The notes: generated by a model from the sequence alone, not told the origin. A DNA stretch of 64,000 bases from Mantamonas sphyraenae STR306 (GCA_026936335.1 JAPMXV010000004.1:62001-126000); one strand, 5' to 3'. Shown: positions 24,267 through 35,012, counted from the stretch's first letter. Numbers and translations are program-made.

Positions 24267-24391
24267 GCTGCGCACTGTGCACACTTCCCCCAAAGTCAAG
24301 AAAACTCTCTCCCCAGGAAACGTGTTCACTGTGCGGCAGCGTTAGCGTTCTACTCTGGTCCTAGATAAGTACCAGTCTTCGTTGGTGGTGG
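24267..24391 (-). ncRNA. Candidate omegaRNA (Fanzor guide scaffold)
   Basis: A short hairpin CTGGT-11nt-ACCAG (24355-24375) and a ~74 nt imperfect hairpin (24267-24340) lie directly 3' of the RuvC gene stop codon. Confidence 0.55.
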
Positions 24392-27300
24392 TCAGTTGTC
24401 GTTGTCGTCGTCGTCCTTGTGAATTCGCTGCAGGCCAGCCGGTCGCCTGCCCTGGGCAAGCAGGTACACGGCCAACAAGGCAATGTTCTGCAGAGCATTG
24501 ACATCTCGGTTGATAACTCGCATGCTGTGGGTACCTGCGCAGGCTTGGACAGCTGCGCGTGCCCCTGCCGTTGCACTACGACACCCGTGTTGCGCACCGC
24601 AAACTCTGCAGCCAACCCACCTGCCCATGGATTTCTTCGTGCTGCCCAGAGCGTGGCAGTATTGAACTTCTCCATGGCACCGTGAGTGGTGCTTCGTTGT
24701 GTTGTACTCTGATACGACGAGCACAAGGGTGTGCAAGGCCAGTTTGGAGGTGAACGACGTGAAGTTGCCACCAGTCCACGTCTGTGGCCCTGCCACTGCC
24801 ATCACATGATGTCTTTGCAACTTCTTCGCATATGACTTTGCTGCTGTGTAGCATCGCTGCGCCTGTGCGTCCTTGGATCGAGCTGACCGAGCTTTGCAGG
24901 CTTGTGTGACCTCCTCGCAGGTGTTCCGGTGTCCGCGCCTCCTCACTAGCTCGCCTCTGTGCGTAGTGGTAGACACACGCACGAGGTCACCAAACACACG
25001 GGAGCCGCGTCGGAATTCGGTCGCGCATGGGGCGAACAGGCCAGCGTGTGACTTTGTTTTTCCTCCGTCCAGAATCAACATCACTGCGTCATTCAGCCAT
25101 GATGCCTTTGGCGTCTTGCGGAACAGCACCTGTCGCTCATACAGTGCGCCTTTGGGAGTCAATGCCTGCTCCCGGGGAATACAACCGAGCAGCTTGTCTG
25201 CCTGGTCGACACTGTGGCCGCAGTGGCGCAGCAAACCTTGGGTTCTCTTTCGACCCAGCACTCGCACAGAGGCTGTCATGAGGACAGCAATGTTGTGTGT
25301 CCGCTTCAGAAAGGGAAGCAGGTACGCCACGCTTCGGTTTGATGGAAGGAACAGCTCATCCAGGAAAAAGCAGCCACGGCACTCGCGGTCCAAGTCGGGC
25401 TCCACAAGGCGCAGGAGAGACAGCAGGGATGCTTGCTTGTGGCGGCAGTACTTCCACGTGCCCATGTGTCGCGCAGCACTTCCCCAGTAACCACCCAACT
25501 GGGAGGATGAGGCAGACAAAAGATGGGGCAGAAACATGAAGGAGATGATCGGCGGGGCCGTGTTGCGTTTGTGACGCTGACCGAGGCTGTTGTGGGAGTG
25601 CCAGGCCTTGACAAGCGGGTCCAGGTAGTCGATGTTCGCACACAGCGTTTCCGCATGCTGGAGGGCACTTTCCTGCAAAGCAGCTGGACCCGTGTTTGCC
25701 TGGTTGGCGAGATCTTGCAGCAGCAAAACCATGTCGTTGGTTGTACTGTCCCACGTGCGGAGGATGTTCCAGTAATCGGTTGGTGTGTATGTGACCTGTG
25801 CCTCCATGTTCACCTGTTGCGGGAGGTTGATGAGCGACTCATCCTTTTCCAGATTGGCCTGAGCTGTTAGAAGGTCGGCGACGTCTCCGTTCGCGTACAG
25901 GTGGTCGGAGGTGAAGGTGATTTTCTTCAATGCCTGCGTGGCTGCTTCTGTCAGAGCCTCGGTGTCGGGCGGGGATGGCGATGCGGTTGAGGACGAGGAT
26001 GATGAGGATGAGGACGAGGATGATGATGCGGACGAGGATGATGAGGATGAGGACGAGGATGATGATGAGGAAGAGGATGATGATGAGGACGAGGATGATG
26101 AGGAGGCGGTTGAGGCTGAGGCTGAGGCTGATGCTGATGCTGATGCTGAACCAAAGATCTGGGCAAGGTTCAAGTCCTGGATGCGCTTCTTTACCATTGC
26201 CGCAGACCTTGGCTTCGTCGTTTCCTTGTCGTTGAGGTATTCGGCCATCACACGGCTGGCTTCCTCAACGTCGAGGCGGGTAACCTCGGGGGGAAGCAAT
26301 GCCTGCAATGCACACGCTCGGGCCGCACCCTGCACAAGCACCTTCATCAACTGGGAGCAGCTTGTACCGTGTTTGCCGATGGCCTTCAACCCGCGCTTGA
26401 TGTTGTCATCCAACGCCTCGTCCACCAGCGGCACAAACCCAGCAGCAGTGGGGAGTTGCATGAGCTTCATGGCCGACGGGATTTTCTTGGACCAGAACTG
26501 GTTCGCGCTCCAGCCTGGTTCTCCTGCCGCCTCCACGTCGAGAACCAACACCTGGCCATCGTGGCTCTGTGCCAGTGCGTTGGCCACACTCCGCCCCAGC
26601 TTGTCCAGGTTGACACAGACCAAAGGAGAGTCCACCGGATTCGTGGTATCCCCAGCTCGCGACGTACGCCCTCTGGGTACAACACGCACCGCATCCTGCA
26701 GGAGATAGGGGAGAAGCCGCACAAATACGTTCAGCATAACCAGCGTGGCCCTGCCAAAGGCATGTGCGGCCTCACCGAGCTCTTTGGCAACCGGGTGTGC
26801 GCACGCTGCGCCGTTGCCGTTGCTCGTATCATCCTCGTCCTTCAGGGGAATGATGGAGACGTCCGAGTCCACCAGACCACACAGGTGATCCGGTGCCGTC
26901 TTGGTGTCCAACTTGCCCACAATATCCAAGTCGCCGAGGAGATCTTCGACGGTGACATTGCGAAGTCGCGCCTCGAACAACCTCAAAGCAGCTGGTTCCA
27001 GCGTTGTCAGACTTTCCTGGCGCTTCTCGCTTGTGCTCATCCGACGCTGCTTTCTGTACCACAGGGACTCATACAGGGGCAGTAGACCATGCCTGCGGGC
27101 GTCTTCTTTGACTAGCTTGCGCACGTCCTTGTCGCCGATGTCCGGCATCTCCATCTGGTCACGAAGCTGGATGGCCTTGTGGATGAGGTCTGAGTCGACT
27201 GTGTCCCAGTAGCTCGCCACGCTGTTGGCCAGTGTCATGGACACGATGTCTTCGTCCGAAAAGATCGAAAGCACGGAAATGAACCTGAGTTTGGTTGGAC

Positions 27301-29432
27301 TGACGGTGACGCTTACATGAAGGCTTGTCGACGCTTGAAGACGCTCCACCAAGTGCTTTGCCTCCTCAGCGACCGCCGTGGCGTCTCCCAACACCATCAT
27401 GGTGTGGCTCGGGCGAGTGTTTTCGACGGGCTTCCACTCGCCTGAACGAAGAACCACCTCACCTTGGGCCTCCTGGCCATCGACCTGTGCATCCTCCAGA
27501 TCCAGAACCACATCATACGCATTGTTCAGCACAAGCAGTGTCTTTTTGGGCTCCCGCAAGCCCCTGGACGTCTGGAGGCCTCGGATCCCCTCGAGTCGTT
27601 CCTGATTCCTCCCGTCAACGATGACGGCCTCCAACACATTCCCATTCCCATCCACGACCACACAGAATGCCGGTAGAACGATGACGTAGCTGACGGGACG
27701 CCGCTGTTGTGAGAAAGTCGCCCAAGCTTTGGGGACGTGCATTGTTGTCTGCGCGTGCAGTGATTGCGCGAAGAATGAAACGAAAGCTCGAACCATGGCA
27801 CCCTTGTCGCCCTTGCTTTGGTTGACCATTTGCTTGTACACCTTGTTGAGGTCGCCCTCAGACACAGACGGCGTTGAGAGCGCGAGGAGGCGTTGACTTA
27901 CGCGTTTCTTGGCAAACACTGCCGCCCATGGTGAGTCCATGTACACAGCACTGTTATGCAGATCGTCCTCAAGCACTTGTTTGGATACAGCAGGCATGGC
28001 CTTGAACTCGGCCAGCAGCTTGCTCTCATTCTTGGTGTACTTTGTGGCCAGATGCTCAATCAATTTCTCCAGTGAATCGATGTACACAGTGGAGGTGCTG
28101 GAGAGTTCGAAGCCAGTGGGTACAATGAGCTCGTTGGCGCCGTCATACAGGCAGCAGGCCTGAATCACGAGATGTGAATATTTTGCCAGCAAAGATGATC
28201 GCATCGGGACGCCGTCGCGTTTGCCCGTCAGCAGGGCGAACGTGTTCAGCTGGTATCGGGTCTGTGCCGAGACCTTCAGTGCATGGTGTCTCGCGAGAGG
28301 ATGCAAACTCCAGAAGAAGCCTGATGCACGAGGAGCAAGCCTGACCACGTCAGAGTCTGTGTGCACGATGACGTGTTGGTAGCTCGCAACGTTGGCTGAG
28401 AAGAAAGCCCCTATGGCCTCCTCCGCCTCCAGGGAGGCCTCAGGTTGAGGCATGTGCGACAAGTAGATGCCGGCCGACTTCAACTCCACCGCGGTCAAGT
28501 CAACCACCTCGATGGACTTGGAAAGGCAGTTGTGCAAGTGACCATACGTCAGGTACGACCTGCATGTCCATAGCATGTCCTGTGGGGAAGGGAAGGGGCG
28601 GTGAGCGAGGGGTGGGATTTTTGCACTCTCGGGCAGCCACCCACTCACGTTGTAGGACGGCGCTTCCTTGCTGGTGGCGGAGCGTGCCATGTGTTTCAGG
28701 AAATCCTGGACGTGCACCTTGTCCTTGAAGTACGTTTGACTGCCTGCATAGTGCTGCGGTGGCGCATGATGGTCAATAAAGAGGACAATGGCCGCTTTGA
28801 CGCTGGCTGCCTCCAGGGCCTCGTGCAGCTGCGTTAGCTGGCCAATCACTACGTCCGTCTTGGATTGGATGTGCAAACGCACTTCCTTTGGTGATTTGTC
28901 TTCCAACTGTGCGCCTAACCAAACGGTCTTGTCTGTGCGGGGGAGAGAGAGTGCAAGAGACCAGGTGTCAGTTGCACCGTTATTTTTTTGGCGCGAGCGA
29001 TCTGCTGCACTTACAGAGGACGCCTCCATCAATCGAAACCACCACCATGCCCCCTTTAGGATCTGCAATCTCGGAGATCCTGCCTGCGAGAGCACGGGTG
29101 TCCAGAGCATGCCCGTGGGCAAGCGTGTTCTTGGGATTCGGCTCAACAGGCTTCACAGCAGTTTCTTCTGCTGCCAAATTGCGCGTGTGTTTGAGCAGCA
29201 CTGCCTTACCGGGGCGCCACACCTTCTGTGCTTGGCCGGTGGCGTCCATCGTGACTTCAACGACCGCGTGGGCATTGGGATCAAAGGCGGAGACCACCTC
29301 TTGTACGCACGGTTTCAAATTGTCCACGCTTACAGGACTTGCAGCAAGGACATCTTGCTGCCCTGCGAGCGATTCGGCGATGTCATCCAGCACAGCGCGA
29401 TTGTGTGTGCTGGATTCGGATGATGATGACAT
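24392..29432 (-). CDS. Giant Fanzor (TnpB-like RuvC nuclease) fused to an N-terminal FEN1/XPG-like PIN nuclease; 2 exons (29432 or 29549 to 29015; 28932-24392), 1652 or 1691 aa
   Basis: RuvC-I MLILDGG, RuvC-II VVSEYNTTK, Zn finger HSRC...CRVC, RuvC-III INRDVNALQNI and terminal GRRP. N-terminal motifs VSIDGGVLY, LFIDHHAP, EAEEA, HTDSD and LLTGKRD. Confidence 0.8.
25985..26148. repeat. GAT/GAG/GAC and GCTGAK low-complexity repeat encoding a poly-Ser/Ala linker in the Fanzor fusion
   Basis: Direct reading: gaggacgaggatgatgaggat... and (gctgag/gctgat)n. Confidence 0.9.
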
Positions 29433-29601
29433 TTGTGTTGTAGCACCAGCGCAACCCACCCTGTTCTCATCCCTGCTCGATTTCACACGTGCCAAGATGA
29501 CACACGTGGAGTCCTGCCTACAGAACGATGATATCCGCTTTCCCAACATGTACTTATGACTTTCGTGATCGCTGCTGTGGATTTATTTCCCAACAACCAG
29601 T

Positions 29602-29880
29602 GTGCACAGAGGGGTGCTCACCACAGTAAACGCTCTCAAGGGCAGGCCACGAGGCGGCCAAAGGGACGACAACGCTGCACGCGGGCCGTACAACAACATG
29701 GGCAACGAAACCGAGATGATGCTGTTCCAGTTCAACTGCAATTCGTGTGCAAAGGCATTCCAGACGCAAACCGTGCCGGGTCAGCAAACTCAGGTTGCTT
29801 GTCCGCATTGCCAGGTGGTCAACAACGTCATTGGAGTTGCCCAGCCTGCCAGCTTGCCTGCATCTGTGCCCGCCGTGTGA
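29602..29880 (+). CDS. Zinc-ribbon-encoding exon, possibly the displaced 3' end of the membrane-protein gene at 22590
   Basis: FNCNSCAKAF...VACPHCQVVN. Several AG acceptors at 29600-29640. No obvious gene start of its own apart from an internal Met at 29698. Confidence 0.45.
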   Translation: MHRGVLTTVNALKGRPRGGQRDDNAARGPYNNMGNETEMMLFQFNCNSCAKAFQTQTVPGQQTQVACPHCQVVNNVIGVAQPASLPASVPAV

Positions 29881-29986
29881 TTCTCCTCCTTCCCCCCTTC
29901 TCCCCCCTTCTTCATACATTGCGCCGCCGTCGCTGCGCCGTCACACGCACACTTTCTCTGAAAACAAAACAACTTACTTCCGCAAG

Positions 29987-31415
29987 ATGAACGCAAAGGT
30001 TGCGATTCTTCTCCTTGCATGCATTGCCATGGTCAACGCTGCGTCGTACTACGCTCCGTCGCAGAACGTCAACGTGCGCACCGGTCCGGGCACCAGCAAC
30101 ACGCTGCTCTGGACCGCCTCCACTAGCGAGGTCTTTATGCAGGTGTCGAGCTCGGGTGTCTGGTAAGTCCACAGGCCATCCATTCACCATCCCATCCACG
30201 CCCTCCACATCCCTGCAAACCCACGCATCCAAGCCCCAGCGGCCCAGCAAACCCGCCTTCCCTTGCCCTCCCGTTTTTTCTCTGGATGCTGACCCTGCCC
30301 TTTTTTCGCTTCCGCGCTTGTTTTCTCCCTCTCCTACAGGTACCAGCTGCGCAAGCTGGGCGGCAGCCGAGACGGCCAGACCGTCTGGATCCACTCGGGC
30401 TACCTGTCCCGCGTGTACCTGAAGTGCCCCTCTGTGTCGTCCCTGAACATGCGGTAAGTTATTTTTTTTCGCGCGAAAGCGGAAAAGAGGGCCCATTTTT
30501 TTCCGGCAACGCATGCCCCCCCCTGCATTCGTCTCGCCCTTTCTCCAGCACGGCTCTCACACACAACATACGCACACCATGCTCAGCTCGGGACCCGGCA
30601 CGGGCTACACCCGCATCTGGTCTGCTAGCAGCAGCGAGGGCTTCCGCGTCCTGTCTACGCAGGGCAGCTGGAGCCGCGTCGTGGCTGTGACCAACCCGCG
30701 CACTGGCACCTACGCCTGGGCCCACAACGGCTACCTGACGTCGTGCAACCCGCAGCCGGGCAACAGCAACAACGGTGGCGGCAGCAACAACGGCGGCGGC
30801 AGCAACAACGGCGGCGGCAGCACCGGCTCCGGCGCCAACTGGCTCACCCGCGCCGGTCAGTGGACCGTCGAGAAGCTGGACCGCAGCACTCGCCGCTCCT
30901 TCTACCGCTTCACGTCGACCCCGAACAAGTTCTGCCTGCACACCATCGAGGGCCGCTGGCCGTCGAACGGTGACTGGGAGGTGGGAACCCGCGTGCTGGA
31001 CAACTCCCAGTACTGGCCCCACTTCATTGTGGCCAAGGACTACAACGGCCGTCTTCGCATCGGCCAGTACCTGCCCCTGAACGTCGCCGGCCGTGCCCTC
31101 AAGACTGGCAACAACTACGGTGTCATCCAGGTTGAGATCGGCGCCAAGGCTGAGCGTCCCTTCACCACCCACGCTTCGGACATCACCGCCGCCACCAAGG
31201 CCCTGTACAAGGCCGTGTGTGACGCCACCGGTATGCCCAACCGTGTTGACTCGCGTGTCCGCTTCACCTCGAACGGCGCCTACGGCACCAACGCCCCGCA
31301 GCGCCTGTCCCAGAGCACCTTCCTGTCGGTCACCGGTCTCCTCGGCCACCAGCACGTCTACAGCAACTCCCACTGGGACCCGGGAGCGATCAACCCGCAG
31401 CTGCTGCTGTCGTAA
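29987..31415 (+). CDS. Secreted peptidoglycan hydrolase: signal peptide, two SH3b domains, N/G linker and Amidase_2-like domain; 3 exons (29987-30162, 30340-30453, 30587-31415)
   Basis: NVRTGPGT and NMRSGPGTGY...W.H.GYL SH3b motifs. Zn-amidase motifs CLHTIEG, PHF, IQVEI and GHQHV..NSHWDPG. Confidence 0.88.
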
Positions 31416-31509
31416 GCGACAACTCCAATTGCCACAGACGCGCAGGAGTCCCGTGCAACTCAAGCAACAACAAACAAATCGCATGGTTGATTCCACACAC
31501 ATCATTTCA

Positions 31510-32613
31510 CTACTGGGCCACCACCGCTCCGTAGGCCAGCGAGCCGCCCACCAACACCGCCACGTACACCGTCCAGTCCATCCACACACCACGCACAAAG
31601 GCAAGCCACTCCAACGCCTTTGCGATCCCAGCTGCGTAGCCCAGCCATGTCTCCAGAGTCGTCGTCGTGCCACCACCACCACCATCCCCACCCTCGCTTG
31701 TGACTGTTGTGTCCACCTCCTTCTTGCCCTCCTTGTTGTTGCCTTGCAGTCTTCTGTACAAACGTCGCTCCAGGTGAGCAAACAGGCCGAGCAAGGTCAG
31801 CTCCAGGATCACAAAGGCGCCCACGGCGTGCACCAACAATGTATGTGCACGTGTCTGCCACGCCTGGCTTTGCACCTGGTGTGCATCTGTTGCCTCATCC
31901 ACACGCAGCAACAGCTCGGCTCCTTCCACCCAGCCAAACTGGCCTCCCAGCAACACAAGCACACCCAGGAGCACTGCTGCCACCTTGCGCATGAATATGT
32001 GTGTCTGTACACTGTGCCTGTACACCACCTGTTGCCCAAAGCTCATTGTTTCTGCCTCGGGCTCGGTCGTCGTTGTTGTCGTCGTCGTCGAGGACGTGGC
32101 GGCATTCTCTTCCGCCACCCTCTCCTTCGACACCTCTTGTCCACGTCCCTTGCGTCGACGCAACCCAAACGATTCACTCTGTGCAAGAGATCCACTGCCG
32201 CTGCCGCTGCCGCTGCTGCTGTTGCCCCCCTGCTCCTCCCCTTGCTCCTCCCCGTCCTCCTCCTTCCTCTTGCTCTCGACCACCAGCTGCGATTCCGAAA
32301 CCCCCTTGCGCAACGCAGGTCGCAACCGTGGCACGCTGCTGCTACTCTCCGTGTCCACCTTGTCATCGTCATTCTCTTGCACCAGCCCATCCTTCTCCAC
32401 TGGCTCCTGCATGGCCTCTTTGATCTCTTCGGGCGTCACGCGTTCGCTGACTGTCCGCTGCAGCCGTCGCCGTCGCCCTCCGCTGCTGCTGCTGCCGCCT
32501 GCGATCCTCGACAGACGTGATTCCCCATCCGCAAGCACCTTTTTGCGAGCTCTCTCCCGTCGCAGACGTGCCGCACGTGCTGCTGCACTCTCCCCGTCTG
32601 CTGCTTCACTCAT
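31510..32613 (-). CDS. GET2/CAML-like ER insertase receptor
   Basis: N-terminal RLRRERARKKVLADGESRLSRIAG and three C-terminal TM helices. Confidence 0.75.
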   Translation of the reverse strand: MSEAADGESAAARAARLRRERARKKVLADGESRLSRIAGGSSSSGGRRRRLQRTVSERVTPEEIKEAMQEPVEKDGLVQENDDDKVDTESSSSVPRLRPALRKGVSESQLVVESKRKEEDGEEQGEEQGGNSSSGSGSGSGSLAQSESFGLRRRKGRGQEVSKERVAEENAATSSTTTTTTTTEPEAETMSFGQQVVYRHSVQTHIFMRKVAAVLLGVLVLLGGQFGWVEGAELLLRVDEATDAHQVQSQAWQTRAHTLLVHAVGAFVILELTLLGLFAHLERRLYRRLQGNNKEGKKEVDTTVTSEGGDGGGGGTTTTLETWLGYAAGIAKALEWLAFVRGVWMDWTVYVAVLVGGSLAYGAVVAQ

Positions 32614-32813
32614 CGTCCTTTCCCCCTCTCCCCGGATTGGTTTTCCAGTGCCGGATCCGGCGCTGCACCCATTTCTCACACCACAGCATCCACCACACAA
32701 TGCCATGCACACACACTCCCTCTCACTCTCTCTCTCTCTCTTTCTCTCCTACGCAGCGATTGGTGCAGCACTCCGGTGCCATCACCAACAGAAATCGGCA
32801 ATTCGCAGGAGCC

Positions 32814-34507
32814 ATGACTGCCACCTTTATTCTGGATCCGTACTACATTGCCATCAATGCGTTGTATACCATTGCTCACCAGCACATCTTCTTCTTCTTT
32901 GCTGGCACCCTCAAGGCACGTCCTCGCCGGCGACTTTTCCCCGTGCGGCGTGCTTCCATTCCCCGGTCGCAAACTTGTCCTTTCCCTCTCCCGCTTTGCA
33001 TCCACTCACACTCCACCAATCCCCCCTCCCCTCCCTTCCCCTCTCATGTGCTCCTCCCTCGCATTGCACCACCCCAGATTGACAAGGTCACCGACTTTGG
33101 TAGGCTTTCCCTGAACATTCACTCACCCGTCACCCGGCCCACGCTCCCCCCACACTCCCACCCCTTCCTCCCCCCGTCCATCTCACCTATTCATCCTCCT
33201 CACCCTCTCTTCCCACCCTCTTTCGATCCCCCCTCCCCTTCCTCACCCTCCCACTGACTCTCCACCTCCACCACTCTCCTCTATGGCTCCTCCACACCCC
33301 CCTCGAAGCCTACGGCACAAACTTCTTTGTGCTTGCCATCGGTCTCTTGATCGCCAGCAACGACTTTACCACACGCAAAATCGTCGTTGCCGTCATTGTC
33401 ATGGTTTGGGGTAAGTCCTCTTTCCCGTTTGCGTTGTCACTCGCCTCAGGAACGTTTTCGAATCGAAACAAAACCCGCGGCGCACAAAAAAGGCTCCGGG
33501 GCCACCCCCGGTTTCCCGCCTTTCCATGCTCACCCCCACGTCCTCTCAACCAACAGGTGTTCGCCTTGCCGGCTATCTCCTGCGTCGCATCCTCTTTATG
33601 GGTGAAGACAAGCGTTTTGACGCCATCCGCGACCACTGCCTGCAGGTGAGCCAATGCCCTCCCCAACCCCACCTCGCCCCCCCATCCGTCCCCCGGGCCA
33701 CAATGGGCGCATCCCAGTCATCCGCTGTCACTCACTCTCTCCTGTATCCCTCCCTCCCTCCCCCCCCCCCCCCCGTCCTGGTCCAGTTCTGGTACTTCTG
33801 GCTGTTCCAGTCGCTCACGGTGTGGGCGGTGTTCCTTCCCCAGGGAGCGCTGATGGCCTCCGGCTACGACCCTGCCATCGACCTCACCGACATTGCCGGT
33901 TGGGTCATGTCTGTGGTGGGTCTCATCATCGAAACGGTGGCCGACAACCAAAAGTTTGCGTTCAAGAAGGAGGAGAAGGAACAGATGGACGGCGCCTCCG
34001 AGTCTGGAGAGCGTCCCAAAACCCATTGGGTCGACAAGGGTCTCTGGGGCTACTCACGCCATCCCAATTACCTTGGCGAATTCATGGTCTGGTTTGGTTT
34101 GTACATGAGCTGCCAGCGCTCCTTTGTCGATCCGCTTGCCCACCTCACCATCCTCGGGCCCATCTTTCTTGCCACCGCCATCCTCGTCTTTTCCGGTTTC
34201 CCCGACCTGGAGAAGCGCAATGACAAGGTACGACGCTGTCAAATACCCCAACACCCACCCGCCCACCCACCCACCCCTCCCTCTCGTCACACTCACTCAT
34301 TCACTTACCACCACCCCCCCCCACACACGACAGAAATACTGGAATGACCCCGAGTACCAGGCGTACAAGACAGGCACCAGTCCCCTCTTCCTCATGCCCA
34401 ACTCCCTCTACCGTGCCATGCCCGGATTCATCAAAACCTTCCTCCTGTTTGAGTGGCCCATGTTCACCAACCCGCCCGAGTCTCAAGCCGTCCAGGACAA
34501 GAACTAA
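32814..34507 (+). CDS. DUF1295 / steroid 5-alpha-reductase-like membrane protein, about 6 exons
   Basis: DKVTDFAYGTNF, WGVRLAGYLLRRI...EDKRFD, ETVADNQKF and GLWGYSRHPNYLGE. Confidence 0.9.
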
Positions 34508-35012
34508 ATTCCCCCTGTATTCCGGAAGCACACCCCCCCTCCCATGCTTACCACCACCCGTCCCTTCTCTTGCCCTCTCCATCTGTTTCCCATCACATGT
34601 CCTTTCCGTCTGGCTTCCGCCTGTTGACGTTCAGCCTGGCCATCGGCGACGTCGTCGGCTGCGAGCAACCCACCCACACCAGATACACCTGCATTCCACA
34701 GTTGCACCCCCCCCCCCCCCCACACACACACACACCATTGTGTCAGTCAATGTCACCTGCACACGCCTGCATGCTTCGCAAGAGGGAACTGCAAAACCCG
34801 CCCCCGCCCCCTGCTTCTCTCCCATGGCGACTTTCTCTTTGCCCAGCCTCCCATCCACTCACCACAGCCACGACGTGCAACAACACAACGCCAATTATAA
34901 ACACCTGTGCATTTGTGTACTCTTGTGGGCTGGCAGAGTCCATGATCAACAACACACAAGAGATGGGGGGTTTGCAAAGCTGGCCCCTCTGGCGCAACCC
35001 CCCGCCCTCTCC

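Larger units (their letters stand above)
24254..29552 (-). mobile_element. Putative Fanzor-encoding selfish element without recognisable transposase; ends approximate
   Basis: Single TnpB/Fanzor-like gene, 3' hairpins, absence of the (CA)n tracts common elsewhere, candidate TGTA direct repeats at 24254-24257 and 29549-29552, and host-gene-like sequence on both sides. Confidence 0.6.

Noticed and set aside
25911-26708. Plus-strand poly-Asp/Glu ORF
   Set aside because: Antisense shadow of the poly-Ser linker in the Fanzor fusion.
28980-28992. Possible +1 programmed frameshift at CCA-AAA-AAA-TAA linking the two Fanzor ORFs
   Set aside because: The site lies inside a canonical GTAAGT...CTGAC...CAG intron that restores the frame, which is the simpler explanation.
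24254-29552. Terminal inverted repeats for the Fanzor element
   Set aside because: Only 3-5 bp loose matches (TGTATTG vs TGTTG), no better than chance.
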